A DNA stretch of 63,651 bases, filler included, from Lentisphaeria bacterium (GTDB lineage Bacteria > Verrucomicrobiota > Lentisphaeria > JABSQK01 > JAWLHB01): NCBI GenBank assembly GCA_041690595.1. It is 7 parts of 7 records of this genome, joined end to end, with 100 filler letters (N's around TTAATTAATTAA, not from the genome) between each part and the next. Parts side by side here need not be neighbours in the genome. Positions count along the whole stretch, not along the records: positions 1 to 12,992 come from JAWLHB010000080.1; 6 more parts are not named here. One strand, written 5' to 3'. The notes beneath the pieces are model-generated. The model did no database searches and had not been told where the DNA came from. It saw only the letters and a program-made list of their open reading frames with translations. The position numbers and the translations under genes are program-made. Positions 1-10,533 of this stretch are shown one piece after another; position 1 is the stretch's first letter, and each line of letters begins with the position of its first letter.

Positions 1-96
1 CTCGGCCTCACCTCCGGCCCCCAGCGCCCATGAGCAAGCCATCGAAATCCGGGCGACCAACTTTACAGACGCCTGAGCCTATCCCACTGAGGTCTG

Positions 97-402
97 GTGG
101 ATACTGAAAAAGGTGATCACGTTTCGGCCGATGACCTCAGCCTCGCCGCCGTTCAGAGTTTGTCCTCTGGTGGTGCGCCTCTCTGGAAGAAAGAGGACGC
201 GGAATGGCCGACTCTCGACGGCAGGCCAATGGTGTTCGTGGCCCAGTTTGACCTGCCTGAGACTGACATCACCAGGAAGCACCTCACATGGGCCGAACGG
301 GTGTTCCTGTTCTGGCAGCGTCACGGCAAGGGTTCCTGCTTCAAGATCACCACCCAGGACATGGACTTCCAATCCGCATCCGATCACTACGCAATGGAGT
401 GA
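97..402 (+). CDS. Hypothetical protein or fragment, weakly YwqG/DUF1963-like
   Basis: 101-aa ORF with GGAPLW...EWP...GRPMVFVAQFDL pattern; start uncertain. Confidence 0.3.
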   Translation: MDTEKGDHVSADDLSLAAVQSLSSGGAPLWKKEDAEWPTLDGRPMVFVAQFDLPETDITRKHLTWAERVFLFWQRHGKGSCFKITTQDMDFQSASDHYAME

Positions 403-616
403 TCGGCCGCGGCACTCGCGGCAATGACGGCGCGTGGCTCGGGCCGCTGAAGCCGATTCCGCCGACCTCGTGGCTTTTCGCATTGCGCCTGGGCCAGGAA
501 CACTGGAACGCGGACGCCGCTGACAATCGCGTTGGTTTTGCTTTTCCACGGGTGCGCCCGTATATTTGGGCCGCCTCCGAACCGTAGATACGAGCCGTCG
601 CCGGATATGCAAAACG

Positions 617-3600
617 ATGCTCACCTCCTGCCCCGCGTGCGATACATCCTTTGAACTGCCGGACCAGCTTCGCGGCAGCAATCAGCAGTGTCCGAAATGC
701 CGGCGAACCTTCATGGCCTTGGCGGTGGCACCTGCCGCTGAGCAGGAGGCATGGGTCGTCGCCTGCCCGGCCTGCGGAGCGGAGTATGAGGTGGATTCCT
801 CCTACCTCGGCGACCGCGTGGGATGCGACAGCTGCAACAGCGACTTTGTCGTCACGGCGCCCCTGCCGCGGCAGGACGATGCGCCGCTGATGATGCCCGG
901 AGCGACCATCCTCGGACGGTATCAGATCAAGCAGTCGTGGCCGGGAAGCATCGGCCCGATCTATCGCGTCAGTCATCAGCAGTGGCATCTGGACCTGATC
1001 GTGAAGACGGTGCGCCCGGGCTACTTGCGCCAACCGGAGGATCACGAGGCGTACATGACGGCAGTGTCGGACTGGCTGAATCTGGGCCAGTACCCGCATC
1101 TGGCTTCCTGCTTCGACCTGCGTCTGGTCGACGGCGATCCGTGGCTCTTCATCGAGTATGTCAATGGGGGACGGCTGGTTGACTGGATTTCCTCGGGCAA
1201 GCTTTACCATGCTTCGCGCGAAGAGGTTCTGGTGCAACTGCTTGAGCTTGCCTATCAGGTGGCCGCGGCCCTCGCCTACGCTCACGAAAAGGGCATCCTG
1301 CATGGAAGCGTGAGCAGCCACAATGTCATGATGACCAAAGGTGGGCTGGCGAAGCTGACCGACTTTGGGCTCTGCCACGCCCGGGGGCTCGTGGAAGGAG
1401 CGAAAGGCGATCCCATGGCGCTGCCGCCCCTTGCCGCCAATCCCGGCAGCTCCATCGCCTACTGCTCCATCGAGCAGTTCGAGAACGAGACGGTAACACC
1501 ACAGACCGATGTCTGGAGTTGGGCGCTGGTCGTCCTGGAGTTGTTCCTGGGTCGTCGAACCTGGGAGGTGGGAGCGGCAGGCGATGAAGCCTGTCTCGAC
1601 TATGTGCACTCCCCTGAAGCGATCAATGGCGTGCGGCTGCCGCGGGATCGCGAAGTCCTCATCCCCCCGATGCCACAGGAACTCGGCGATCTGCTCACCC
1701 AGTGCTTCAACCGCATGCCCGACGATCGCCCGGCCGGCATGGCCGAGGTGGCTCGGCGCATCGGAACCATTCTCCAGGCCTTTACCGGCCACCCACCGCT
1801 CTCCTTCACCCAGGAGAACGACCTGCTCCTGGCAAACACCCTCAACAACCGCGCCGTCTCCTGCCTCGATTGGGGGGAAGAGCAGCAAGCCATGAGCATC
1901 TGGGAACAGGCGCTCGAAGTCTACCCCGGACATCCCGAGGCCAGCTACAACCTTCTGACCCATCGCTGGCGACAGGGAAAACTGACCGATCACAACGTCC
2001 TGGATCTGATCGGCAAGGACAACCCCCGCGAAGCGGAGCAGTACCGGCTGCAGGTCATGCGCAGCCTGATCCACATGGAGCGTGGCGATGCCCGGACCGC
2101 CGCGGAAATCCTCGACGAGTTGACCGCCAATCGCATTTCGACCCGGGGCCTGCGTGCCGCCTTGCGCCGCGCCAGACTCCAGTTGGAGGAAACCGCCGCC
2201 GCGCGTGCCGACCTGATGGGCCACAAGGCCCCAGTGAACATGGTGATGGTCTCGCCCGATGGACGCCGCGTGCTGACCGGAAGCGATGACCTCGCGGTGC
2301 GTATGTTCGATGCCGGCACCGGCCGCTGCGTCCAAACCCTGTCGGGCCATCGCACGGCAATCGATGCGCTCGCCTGGGTACCGGGCGGCCGCCTGGCCAT
2401 CTCCGGCAGCAGTCGAGTGGATGTGGAGATGCGCACGCCAACCCTGCGGCTATGGGACGTCACCACGGGAAACTGCCTCGGAACCTTCGGCGACTTCAAC
2501 GAAGCTGTCTACGACCTGCAGGTCTCCGCCGATGGCCGCCACCTCTTCTGCCTGGCGGGTGACTGGCAGGTGCATGCATGGAATCTCCAGGCCGGAGCCT
2601 GGACCGGGCATTTCCGCGTCCACACCGGCCCCGGCTATCGGATCGCTATCTCCCCCGACGGGAGGCACCTCTACGCCTCGGGCCAGGAAGCGGGCGGCGA
2701 GCTGCCGGATCTCGCCAAATGGGACCTCGAAACCACCTCCTGCGTGACTCGCTATGTGGCGGAAGAGCCCACAGGCGGTCCATGCATTCTCGCCAACGAC
2801 GGCCAACTCCTGGTCAGCGCCCGAGCCGGCGGAGCAGGAAGGACAAAGATCCACCTATGGGATACCGAAAGCGGACAACTGGTGGGAACATTCCTAGGCC
2901 ACCCCGCCCCTATCCGCCACTTTTCACTCTCCGCCGACAGCGTCATGCTCATCTCCATCGATGTCAACGGGCTGATGCGGCAATGGGAGATGAGCAGCGG
3001 CAAGTGCATGCGTTCCTTCCATGAGACGACCACCTATTCGTGCAGCTTCATCTCACGTACCGGCCGCTTGCCCTTGGCGGCAGTAGCGAACAACGAGATG
3101 CTGATCGTCCAGCTCCTCGGCCAGCCTCACCAACAGCCCCCTGCCCTGAGCCTCACCGACTATACCCTGACGAATCGTCCGGCAGTCGATCGCCTGGCCG
3201 CCTATCTCTCCGAGATCGAGGAGGCGCTGGAGCTTGGCCGCTGCGAAGAGGCATGCGACATGGCGGAGCAGGTGCTGGCGATGGAAGAGTACGCGGGCGA
3301 TTACCGCTTCCGAAGCGCCAAGCGGCGCGCCGGACTGCGCGGACGCAAGACAAAGTTGCAGGGAACTCGGCAGGTCTGCTCCTTCCCGATCGAGTGCGGC
3401 GGAGTCTTCGGCATACATTTTTCGGAAAACGAGGAGTGGGTGCTGGCTGCCACCAGCGATGGGATCCTGAGCGCCTGGGACATCCAGACGGCTGAGCAGC
3501 AGGCCGAGTGGCGCGCCCCCCACGACCGGCTGCAATTCATCGTCTTCAGCGCCAATGGCCGCCACGCCCTCTCCAGTCACGCCCGGGGGCCCGTCGTGCT

Positions 3601-4534
3601 CTGGGATCTGGTCGAGGGGACGGCCCTCCCGCGCATGCAGAACCTGCCTAGCCCCGGCACCGCCATTGCCATTTCCCCGGATGGCCGCATCGGCGTCGCC
3701 GGCAGCAGCGAAACCGCCATCCTCATCTGGGACCTCCTGGAGGATCGCAAATGCAACCTCCTCCACGCCCACAACGAACGCGTGACGACTCTGGACATCT
3801 CCCCCGACAGCCTCTATGCACTGAGCGGCAGCCTCGATGGAAGAATCAAGGTCTGGGAGCTGGAGAGCGGCCGCTGCATACGCATCAGCGATCCCCTCGG
3901 CGGCCCCGTGCGTCTGGCGCGCTTCTCGGCGGATGGGCGCAGCGCCGTCGTCGGCATCGATTTCAGCCCACTCCTCATATGGGACTTCGTTCACAACCGC
4001 AGGGCCGACAAGATCGGGACGAAGAAAACCCGACCCGAATCGGTGTCACTGGCGGCTGACGACCAGTGGCTCGTGGCGGCCGAGCGCGGCACCCAATCCA
4101 CCCGCGATCAGCAGCTGCATATCTGGCAACGCTCCTCCGAAAAACCGCTGGCAGACCTGGAGGGACTGGAGGGACTCCCCATGTTTACCGCCATCTCCGC
4201 CGACGGCAGCCGCGTTCTTGCCTGCGGGTCCAGCAAAACCGTCGCGGTTTGGGAACTGGACTGGCAGTACGACTTTGCCGAAGAACCCGGCTGGGACGAT
4301 GGCGCCTGGGCCGTCCTGCGCAGTTTCCTGGCGCGGCATACGCCCCGCGCTGAGGATACGCCCGAAGGGGTGCTTGCCCGGCGAGGACAACCCGTGTGGA
4401 CCGACAACGACTTCGCCCAGTTGATGTGGCGGCTCGGCTGCAGCGGTCACGGCAAGCTGGAAAAGGACGACGTTCAGCAGCGCCTCACCAATCTCGCAAG
4501 CATCTGGAACCGGCCGAAATCATCCCTCGGATGA
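617..4534 (+). CDS. Zinc-ribbon + Ser/Thr kinase-like (probable pseudokinase) + TPR + WD40 repeat protein
   Basis: CPAC/CPKC and CPAC/CDSC pairs; kinase motifs LIVKT, LTDFG, TDVWSW; many GH...WD repeats; ATG at 617 chosen. Confidence 0.85.
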   Translation: MLTSCPACDTSFELPDQLRGSNQQCPKCRRTFMALAVAPAAEQEAWVVACPACGAEYEVDSSYLGDRVGCDSCNSDFVVTAPLPRQDDAPLMMPGATILGRYQIKQSWPGSIGPIYRVSHQQWHLDLIVKTVRPGYLRQPEDHEAYMTAVSDWLNLGQYPHLASCFDLRLVDGDPWLFIEYVNGGRLVDWISSGKLYHASREEVLVQLLELAYQVAAALAYAHEKGILHGSVSSHNVMMTKGGLAKLTDFGLCHARGLVEGAKGDPMALPPLAANPGSSIAYCSIEQFENETVTPQTDVWSWALVVLELFLGRRTWEVGAAGDEACLDYVHSPEAINGVRLPRDREVLIPPMPQELGDLLTQCFNRMPDDRPAGMAEVARRIGTILQAFTGHPPLSFTQENDLLLANTLNNRAVSCLDWGEEQQAMSIWEQALEVYPGHPEASYNLLTHRWRQGKLTDHNVLDLIGKDNPREAEQYRLQVMRSLIHMERGDARTAAEILDELTANRISTRGLRAALRRARLQLEETAAARADLMGHKAPVNMVMVSPDGRRVLTGSDDLAVRMFDAGTGRCVQTLSGHRTAIDALAWVPGGRLAISGSSRVDVEMRTPTLRLWDVTTGNCLGTFGDFNEAVYDLQVSADGRHLFCLAGDWQVHAWNLQAGAWTGHFRVHTGPGYRIAISPDGRHLYASGQEAGGELPDLAKWDLETTSCVTRYVAEEPTGGPCILANDGQLLVSARAGGAGRTKIHLWDTESGQLVGTFLGHPAPIRHFSLSADSVMLISIDVNGLMRQWEMSSGKCMRSFHETTTYSCSFISRTGRLPLAAVANNEMLIVQLLGQPHQQPPALSLTDYTLTNRPAVDRLAAYLSEIEEALELGRCEEACDMAEQVLAMEEYAGDYRFRSAKRRAGLRGRKTKLQGTRQVCSFPIECGGVFGIHFSENEEWVLAATSDGILSAWDIQTAEQQAEWRAPHDRLQFIVFSANGRHALSSHARGPVVLWDLVEGTALPRMQNLPSPGTAIAISPDGRIGVAGSSETAILIWDLLEDRKCNLLHAHNERVTTLDISPDSLYALSGSLDGRIKVWELESGRCIRISDPLGGPVRLARFSADGRSAVVGIDFSPLLIWDFVHNRRADKIGTKKTRPESVSLAADDQWLVAAERGTQSTRDQQLHIWQRSSEKPLADLEGLEGLPMFTAISADGSRVLACGSSKTVAVWELDWQYDFAEEPGWDDGAWAVLRSFLARHTPRAEDTPEGVLARRGQPVWTDNDFAQLMWRLGCSGHGKLEKDDVQQRLTNLASIWNRPKSSLG

Positions 4535-4669
4535 GCCCCGGGTGTTTCATTTTGTTACTGATGCGACCCACTTCGATACCCTTCGGCTTTCAAATGCGCG
4601 CCGCGGCGTTACATTAGCCTCATCACATTACACATGGCGCGCGATGCCCACCCTACCAAGGAGTCTCGC

Positions 4670-5365
4670 ATGATAACTCGCACTCTCGGCATATTGATTG
4701 TCGCTTTGGCGACGGTGCAGGGTTCTGCTTTCGCTTTCACCCCAAAACCAACCCGCTTTGGCGCCATCCAGGATTTTCTGCTGCAGGAAGAGGTTGCGTT
4801 GCAGTGGGAAGAGGAAAGTTTCGGTCCAACGCCCGCGCTTCAAGACGGCCAGAAGTTTGCCGTCGTCCAGGTAAAGGTTGATGCCGGCAAGAGCATCGGC
4901 AAGTACGACTACACGTTGAGCGGCGCGAAGTGCCTCGCCCTCTCTACCGGTGATTCACCCTTCGACCCGGCGAAATGGGAGCAGGTGCAGGAACAGATTC
5001 CCGGCGAAGCGCGCCTGCTGTACGTCGTATCGGAAGCGGATGCCCCCTTCTATTTTGCCCTCACCTATCAAGTACCTTCGCTCGATGAGCAGGGCGCCGT
5101 GCTCGGCGTGGTCGAAGAGGTGGCAGCCGAAGAGCCGGAAGCCGAACCGGCCGCCGCAGAACCGGCCGCCGTCGAAGAACCAGTCGCGGAAGAGGCGCCG
5201 GCCGCTCCCCCGGCGGAGCAGGCGATAGCCGAACCTGCCCCCCCTCAGGAGGAAGAGAAGGTGGCGCCAGAGCCGGAGAAGAAGCCCGAACCTGCGCCGA
5301 AACCAGAGCCGAAGCCCGCGCCGAAAGAAGAGAAGAAGCCGGTACAAGACGAAGTGATCTGGTGA
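4670..5365 (+). CDS. Secreted hypothetical protein with Pro/Glu/Ala/Lys-rich C-terminal tail
   Basis: AAGGAG RBS before ATG 4670; signal peptide ending AFA; low-complexity tail. Confidence 0.7.
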   Translation: MITRTLGILIVALATVQGSAFAFTPKPTRFGAIQDFLLQEEVALQWEEESFGPTPALQDGQKFAVVQVKVDAGKSIGKYDYTLSGAKCLALSTGDSPFDPAKWEQVQEQIPGEARLLYVVSEADAPFYFALTYQVPSLDEQGAVLGVVEEVAAEEPEAEPAAAEPAAVEEPVAEEAPAAPPAEQAIAEPAPPQEEEKVAPEPEKKPEPAPKPEPKPAPKEEKKPVQDEVIW

Positions 5366-5372
5366 ACGCGGC

Positions 5373-6272
5373 ATGCGATTCCTGACCAAGTCGCTGGTGG
5401 GATGCTTCCTCCTTCTTCCACAAGGAGTGGCCATACAGCTTGGACGCCTCATCGGCTGGCTGCTCCGCAACATTCTCCATTTTCGCCACCAGGTGGTGGA
5501 GGGACAGATGAAAATGGTCTATGGGCACCGCAAATCACCAGAAGAAATCAGCCGACTCGTGCGCTTGCAGTACCAGCACCTGGGCCTGCTCCTGATGGAG
5601 ATGCTTCGGCTACCGGGCATCAGCCGCCGCAAGCACCCCCTGCCCCTGCGGCTGTCAGGCATGGAGAATGTCGACGCAGCCCTTGCCAAAGGTAAAGGAG
5701 TGATCATCGTCAGCGGTCACATCGGCAACTGGGAGCTGGGGGGGATCACCCTCGCCAACTCTGGCTACAAGGTCTATGCCATCGGCAAGGAGATGAAAAG
5801 TGAGGCCGGCGAGATTATGAAGCAGATGATTCGTGACGACAATGGTCTCCTCACCATTGCCCGCCGCAACTCCCTGCGCCAGATTCTGCGCGCCCTCAAG
5901 GATAACAGCGTCCTCATCATCGTTATCGATCAGAACATGACCGTTCGCGACGGCATCTTCGTTGACTTCTTCGGCCAGGCAGCCTGTACGATGACCGCCG
6001 CCGCCGTCCTTGCCGAACGCACCGGCGCTGCCGTCTTGACCGGCTCCACCTGGCGGACGGACGACCTGCTGCACCATGAAGGGATGATTCTGCCGGAGTT
6101 GCGAATCACCGATGCACCCGAGCAACATGAAGCAAAGATCCACCACCTGACTCAGGCCTATTCGAAAGCGCTCGAATCCTTGATCGACCAGCATCCGGAA
6201 CAATGGCTCTGGCTGCACAAACGCTGGAAAACCCGCCCGCCCGACGAGACGGAACCGCCCATACGGTACTGA
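5373..6272 (+). CDS. Lipid A biosynthesis acyltransferase (LpxL/HtrB family)
   Basis: GHIGNWE, DQN, VDFFG and PEQWLWLHKRWK motifs. Confidence 0.9.
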   Translation: MRFLTKSLVGCFLLLPQGVAIQLGRLIGWLLRNILHFRHQVVEGQMKMVYGHRKSPEEISRLVRLQYQHLGLLLMEMLRLPGISRRKHPLPLRLSGMENVDAALAKGKGVIIVSGHIGNWELGGITLANSGYKVYAIGKEMKSEAGEIMKQMIRDDNGLLTIARRNSLRQILRALKDNSVLIIVIDQNMTVRDGIFVDFFGQAACTMTAAAVLAERTGAAVLTGSTWRTDDLLHHEGMILPELRITDAPEQHEAKIHHLTQAYSKALESLIDQHPEQWLWLHKRWKTRPPDETEPPIRY

Positions 6273-6279
6273 TTGCGTC

Positions 6280-7404
6280 ATGACACCCGCCGACCCACAT
6301 TCTGCCGTCCATACCGCGCCCACAGAGAGAGACGCCCCTCTGTGTAACCCGATTTTTGCGGTAAACGAACGCGCGTATACGTGGCGGGAAGTGCTCTCCG
6401 CCTGGGAGTTCCTCGGCATGCTCGAGCCGCACGTCGAGCGCTTGACCGAAGGTGAGGCCCTTCGTCTGGCACCCCCGCCCGTTGACGACGAGGCACTCCA
6501 GGAAGCACTCACCGAGCTTCGCTATGAGCTCAACCTGATCACGGCGGAAGAGACCGAGGCATGGCTGGCGGAACGGGATCTTTCGCTGGATGATCTCCAG
6601 GAATACCTTCTGCGCCATGTACAACTGGAAACTCTCGCCTCGACAGCGCCCTCCCATGCCAGAACCTGTCGCTTCGACGCGGAATGTCTTGCCCAAACCC
6701 TCTGGCGCGATCTTCATCTGGCCAATAGCTGGCCCGAGCTGCTGCCGCCCGTCATGCGGCGCTGCCTGGTGCAGCAGCTCAACCTCAACGAACAGAGCTT
6801 TGACGAGCAGTGGCTGGAGGCGGCAAGAGAGAGCCTCCTGCGGCGACATCAGCTTGATCCGGCAGAGCTGCGGAAATGGCTTGACCGCTCATACTTCCTC
6901 CGCGAAACGTTTCAGCGCGAACTCGAGCGTGAGGCGCTCTATCGGCAGTACTGCCAGCAGATCGCGGCGGCCGACGCCTGCCGACGCCACCTTTCCGCCA
7001 TGCGCCCCCAGCTCTACCGCGTCGAATACGAAGCTGCCAGCTTTCATGATTACGACATTGCCCGAGAAGCCTATCTCTGCGTGACAATGGACGCGGATAC
7101 GCTGGCGGAGGTGACGGTGCGGGCTGGGGGGAGTCACGTCGAGGGAGAGGCCTTCATCGAGGACCTTCCCGTGGATGTAGGGCAGTACCTCCTTTCAGCC
7201 CAGCCCGGAGAACTGATGCGGCCCATCGCCTTGGCGGACGAAGGGACCTTCGTCCTGCTGCTGCTGCGGCACAAGCATGAACCGGCCATGAACGATGAAG
7301 CCGTCGCCGAGCGGGTGCGGGCCAGCATCATCGAAAAGAGTTTCGAGTATTATCTGCAACGTGATATCCGGTGGCCTCGATGGCAGTTGATCAACAAACA
7401 CTGA
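6280..7404 (+). CDS. PpiC/parvulin-like protein of the type found beside peptidase-containing ABC transporters
   Basis: Helical N-terminus (LITAEETEAWLAERDLSLDD); degenerate parvulin-like C-terminus; overlaps the transporter start. Confidence 0.55.
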   Translation: MTPADPHSAVHTAPTERDAPLCNPIFAVNERAYTWREVLSAWEFLGMLEPHVERLTEGEALRLAPPPVDDEALQEALTELRYELNLITAEETEAWLAERDLSLDDLQEYLLRHVQLETLASTAPSHARTCRFDAECLAQTLWRDLHLANSWPELLPPVMRRCLVQQLNLNEQSFDEQWLEAARESLLRRHQLDPAELRKWLDRSYFLRETFQRELEREALYRQYCQQIAAADACRRHLSAMRPQLYRVEYEAASFHDYDIAREAYLCVTMDADTLAEVTVRAGGSHVEGEAFIEDLPVDVGQYLLSAQPGELMRPIALADEGTFVLLLLRHKHEPAMNDEAVAERVRASIIEKSFEYYLQRDIRWPRWQLINKH

Positions 7405-10400
7405 GCGATCGCGCGGAGCTTCTGGAAGGCTCACCCTTTCTGCGCCTCCTCCCGGCTGCGACTCGACTGGAAGTTTCCCGCCATTTCACCGAAGAAAGCT
7501 ATGCGTTCGGAAAAGTCATCGTGCGCGAAGGGGACACCTCGGATGCCTACTATCTCCTCACCTCCGGACGCGTGCGGGTCATCAAAGCCGACCGCAATGG
7601 GCGCGAGATCGTCCTGCATTCTCTGCAGACCGGCGACAGCTTTGGCGAGATCGGCCTGCTCAACGGCGGAATCCGCACCGCGACCGTGCGCGCCAGCACT
7701 CAGGTGACGGTGCTGCGCCTGGGCCGCCAGACCTTCGAGAACATCCTTGCGGAAAACCCGCCGTTGCGCCGTTACCTCAACCTGCAACTGCAGCACCGCA
7801 CCCTCTTTGCCTTTCTGAAGGAATTCACCAGCTTCGGCCAGGCCTCGCTGCCCGCCCTGCAGGCCATGCTCGAGGCCATGCGGCCCGTCCAATTCCGCAA
7901 GGGAGACAAGATCGTCCGCCAAGGCGATCCGGCAGGCCCCATGTACTTCATCGAGCAGGGTCAGGTACATGTCTACTGCGAACGCAACGATCATCGCCGC
8001 GAGCTCGCCTACCTGCGCCCGGGTGATTACTTCGGCGAGCTGAGCTTCCTCAAGAACAGCGCCCGGTTCGCCACCGTCGAGGCCCATACCGACTGCCATC
8101 TGCTCATGCTCGAACAGGAGCCCTTCCAGCGCATCCTCGCCACACACCCAGATCTGCGCCAGATCGTCACCCGGCGTATCAGCCAGTACAGCGAAAGCCA
8201 GGAGGCCCTCCTCCCGCTGGATTTTGTCGACACCACCGCCACCGGCGAGAGCTGTTCCGCGGCAGGGACCGCCATGAAGACCATTACCCTCTCCAGAAAT
8301 CAGGCATTTCTGACTGACCTCCGCGACGCCCCCGCCCATGACCGGGACGAGGGTGCCCCACCAACGACAGGAAAACGCCGGACCAGGCGCATCGAGTACA
8401 TTCCGCAAATCGATGAGACCGATTGCGGAGCCGCGGCCCTCGGCATGGTCTGCAGCTATTTCGGCCGCCTCGTCAGCCTGGCGCACATACGTGAGCTGTC
8501 CAATACCGCCATATCCGGCACCGGCCTGAACGATCTTTGTCGGGCTGCCAATGAGCTTGGCCTGACCGCACAGGCAGTCAAGAAGCCACCCCACCTCGCC
8601 GCCGACCTCCCCCTGCCAGCAATTCTACATTGGCACAACGATCACTGGGTGGTCCTTTCCGAGGTGCGCGGCAGCAAGGCGAAGATCGCCGATCCCGCCA
8701 GCGGCATCTCATGGCAGCCACTCTCCAGAGTCGAAGCCAACTGGAGCGGTTACGCCGCCGTCTTTGCCTATACCGAAGCCTTTGACAAAGCACCGGAACG
8801 ACGCCCCCTCCTCGCCTGGCTCCTCCCCTTCGTCAGACCAGCGGCGCAGAGCCTCGTTCAGGTCGTCCTGCTCACTTTCCTGATCAGCGGCTTGCAGCTG
8901 ATCATCCCCAAGCTCACCCAGGTCACCGTCGATACCGTCATCAAGCACCGTGACATCGACGCACTCAACCTTATCGTCTTCGGCCTCGGCGCCGCCCTCA
9001 TCGGCACCCTCCTGCTCACGGTACTGCAACGCTATCTGCTCGGACAGGCCGCCCTGACCCTCGACGGAAAACTCATGAGCAATGTGATGGACAAGCTGCT
9101 CTCGCTCCCCATGCGCTATTTCAACAACCGGCGCCAGAGCGATATTCAGCGGCGCCTCGACAGTGTACGGGCCGCCCGCTACTTCCTCGTCCACAACAGC
9201 GTCACCGGCTTGCTTGCCGCCGTCCAGATCATCAGCTTCCTCGTCCTCATGACCCTCTTCAGCGTGCCGATGACCGTCCTCTTCGTCGTCATCATGACCC
9301 CGATATACGTGGGTTTGCTCTACTTTTCAGGCAAGGTCCTGCGCCCCGCCTTTCAGGACCTGCAGAGCAGCGAAGCTCGCTTTCAGCAGCTCCAGAGCGA
9401 AGTCATCAAAGGAATCGAGATTGTCAAGGCAAGTGGCACCGAGAAGCGTTTTCATCAACGTACCATCGATGACTTCTGCGGCTTGCTCCGTGCGCAGAGC
9501 GCCAGCAAGTTCAACATCTTCTGCTACGAGGGTACCGTCCAGGCCGTCTGGTTCATGTCGCTGATCCTCTTTATCTGGGTGGGTGCGCGTCTGGTCATGC
9601 AGGACGCCCTCACCATCGGCGCCTTCATCGGCTTCCAGATGCTGCTGGCCATGGTCTATTCTCCCATTCAGACACTGGTCAACCTCTGGGAAGACCTGCA
9701 ATCCTCCTCCGGCTTCATCGCCACGCTGCGCGACATTATCGAGGCGACCCCCGAACAGAGTGCCAGCAATCAGCAGTTGCTGCCCGTCCCCACCCTCGCC
9801 GGCAAGATCACCGCCCGCGACCTGGGCTTCTCCTATGGTGGACCCGACGCGCCCCGCATCCTCCGCGACATCACCTTCAGCGCAAACCCCGGCCAGAAGA
9901 TCGCCATTGTCGGCCGCAGCGGTTCCGGCAAGACCACTCTGGTCAAGTGCCTGGCCGCTCTCATTCAACCAGACCAGGGCAATCTGCTCTATGACGATGT
10001 CGACTCCCGCGGCCTGCGCCACAGCGACCTGCGTTCCCACGTCGGTCTCGTCCTCCAGGAGAACTACTTCTTCTCCGGCTCCGTCATCGAGAATATCGCC
10101 TTCGGCGATGACAAGCCGGATCAGGACCGGGTTTACTGGGCTGCAAGGATTGCCGCCGCCCACGACTTCATCATGCAACTCGCCAATGGCTACGAGACCC
10201 AGCTCGGCGAGAGCAGTGGCGTTCTTCTCTCCCATGGTCAACGCCAGAGCCTGGCCATAGCCAGAGCCATCTATCGCGATCCCGCCATCCTCTTTCTTGA
10301 CGAAGCCACCAATTCCCTGGACATCGAAACAGAACGCACCATCTACGAACAGCTGGCCCAGCTCTTCTCCAAGCGCACCGTCTTTCTCGTGACACACCGC

Positions 10401-10532
10401 CTGAACATGATCGCCGATGCGGACCAGATTCTGGTGCTCGATCGGGGACGGCTCATCGAGCAGGGAAAACACCACGACCTGCTGACCCGCAGGGGTCTAT
10501 ACTACCATCTCATTCGCCGACAAGTGGAGTAA
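7380..10532 (+). CDS. Peptidase-containing ABC transporter (2x cNMP-binding, C39 peptidase, TMD, NBD)
   Basis: GDSFGEIGLL..RTATV and GDYFGELSFL..RFATV; QIDETDCGAA, HWVVL, ADPA; GRSGSGKTT, LSHGQRQ, FLDEAT. Confidence 0.92.
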   Translation: MAVDQQTLSDRAELLEGSPFLRLLPAATRLEVSRHFTEESYAFGKVIVREGDTSDAYYLLTSGRVRVIKADRNGREIVLHSLQTGDSFGEIGLLNGGIRTATVRASTQVTVLRLGRQTFENILAENPPLRRYLNLQLQHRTLFAFLKEFTSFGQASLPALQAMLEAMRPVQFRKGDKIVRQGDPAGPMYFIEQGQVHVYCERNDHRRELAYLRPGDYFGELSFLKNSARFATVEAHTDCHLLMLEQEPFQRILATHPDLRQIVTRRISQYSESQEALLPLDFVDTTATGESCSAAGTAMKTITLSRNQAFLTDLRDAPAHDRDEGAPPTTGKRRTRRIEYIPQIDETDCGAAALGMVCSYFGRLVSLAHIRELSNTAISGTGLNDLCRAANELGLTAQAVKKPPHLAADLPLPAILHWHNDHWVVLSEVRGSKAKIADPASGISWQPLSRVEANWSGYAAVFAYTEAFDKAPERRPLLAWLLPFVRPAAQSLVQVVLLTFLISGLQLIIPKLTQVTVDTVIKHRDIDALNLIVFGLGAALIGTLLLTVLQRYLLGQAALTLDGKLMSNVMDKLLSLPMRYFNNRRQSDIQRRLDSVRAARYFLVHNSVTGLLAAVQIISFLVLMTLFSVPMTVLFVVIMTPIYVGLLYFSGKVLRPAFQDLQSSEARFQQLQSEVIKGIEIVKASGTEKRFHQRTIDDFCGLLRAQSASKFNIFCYEGTVQAVWFMSLILFIWVGARLVMQDALTIGAFIGFQMLLAMVYSPIQTLVNLWEDLQSSSGFIATLRDIIEATPEQSASNQQLLPVPTLAGKITARDLGFSYGGPDAPRILRDITFSANPGQKIAIVGRSGSGKTTLVKCLAALIQPDQGNLLYDDVDSRGLRHSDLRSHVGLVLQENYFFSGSVIENIAFGDDKPDQDRVYWAARIAAAHDFIMQLANGYETQLGESSGVLLSHGQRQSLAIARAIYRDPAILFLDEATNSLDIETERTIYEQLAQLFSKRTVFLVTHRLNMIADADQILVLDRGRLIEQGKHHDLLTRRGLYYHLIRRQVE

Positions 10533-10533
10533 C

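Noticed and set aside
347..2350. Long antisense and alternate-frame ORFs (also 19191-21086, 30870-32498, 53373-55670)
   Set aside because: Shadows of real high-GC genes; no motifs of their own
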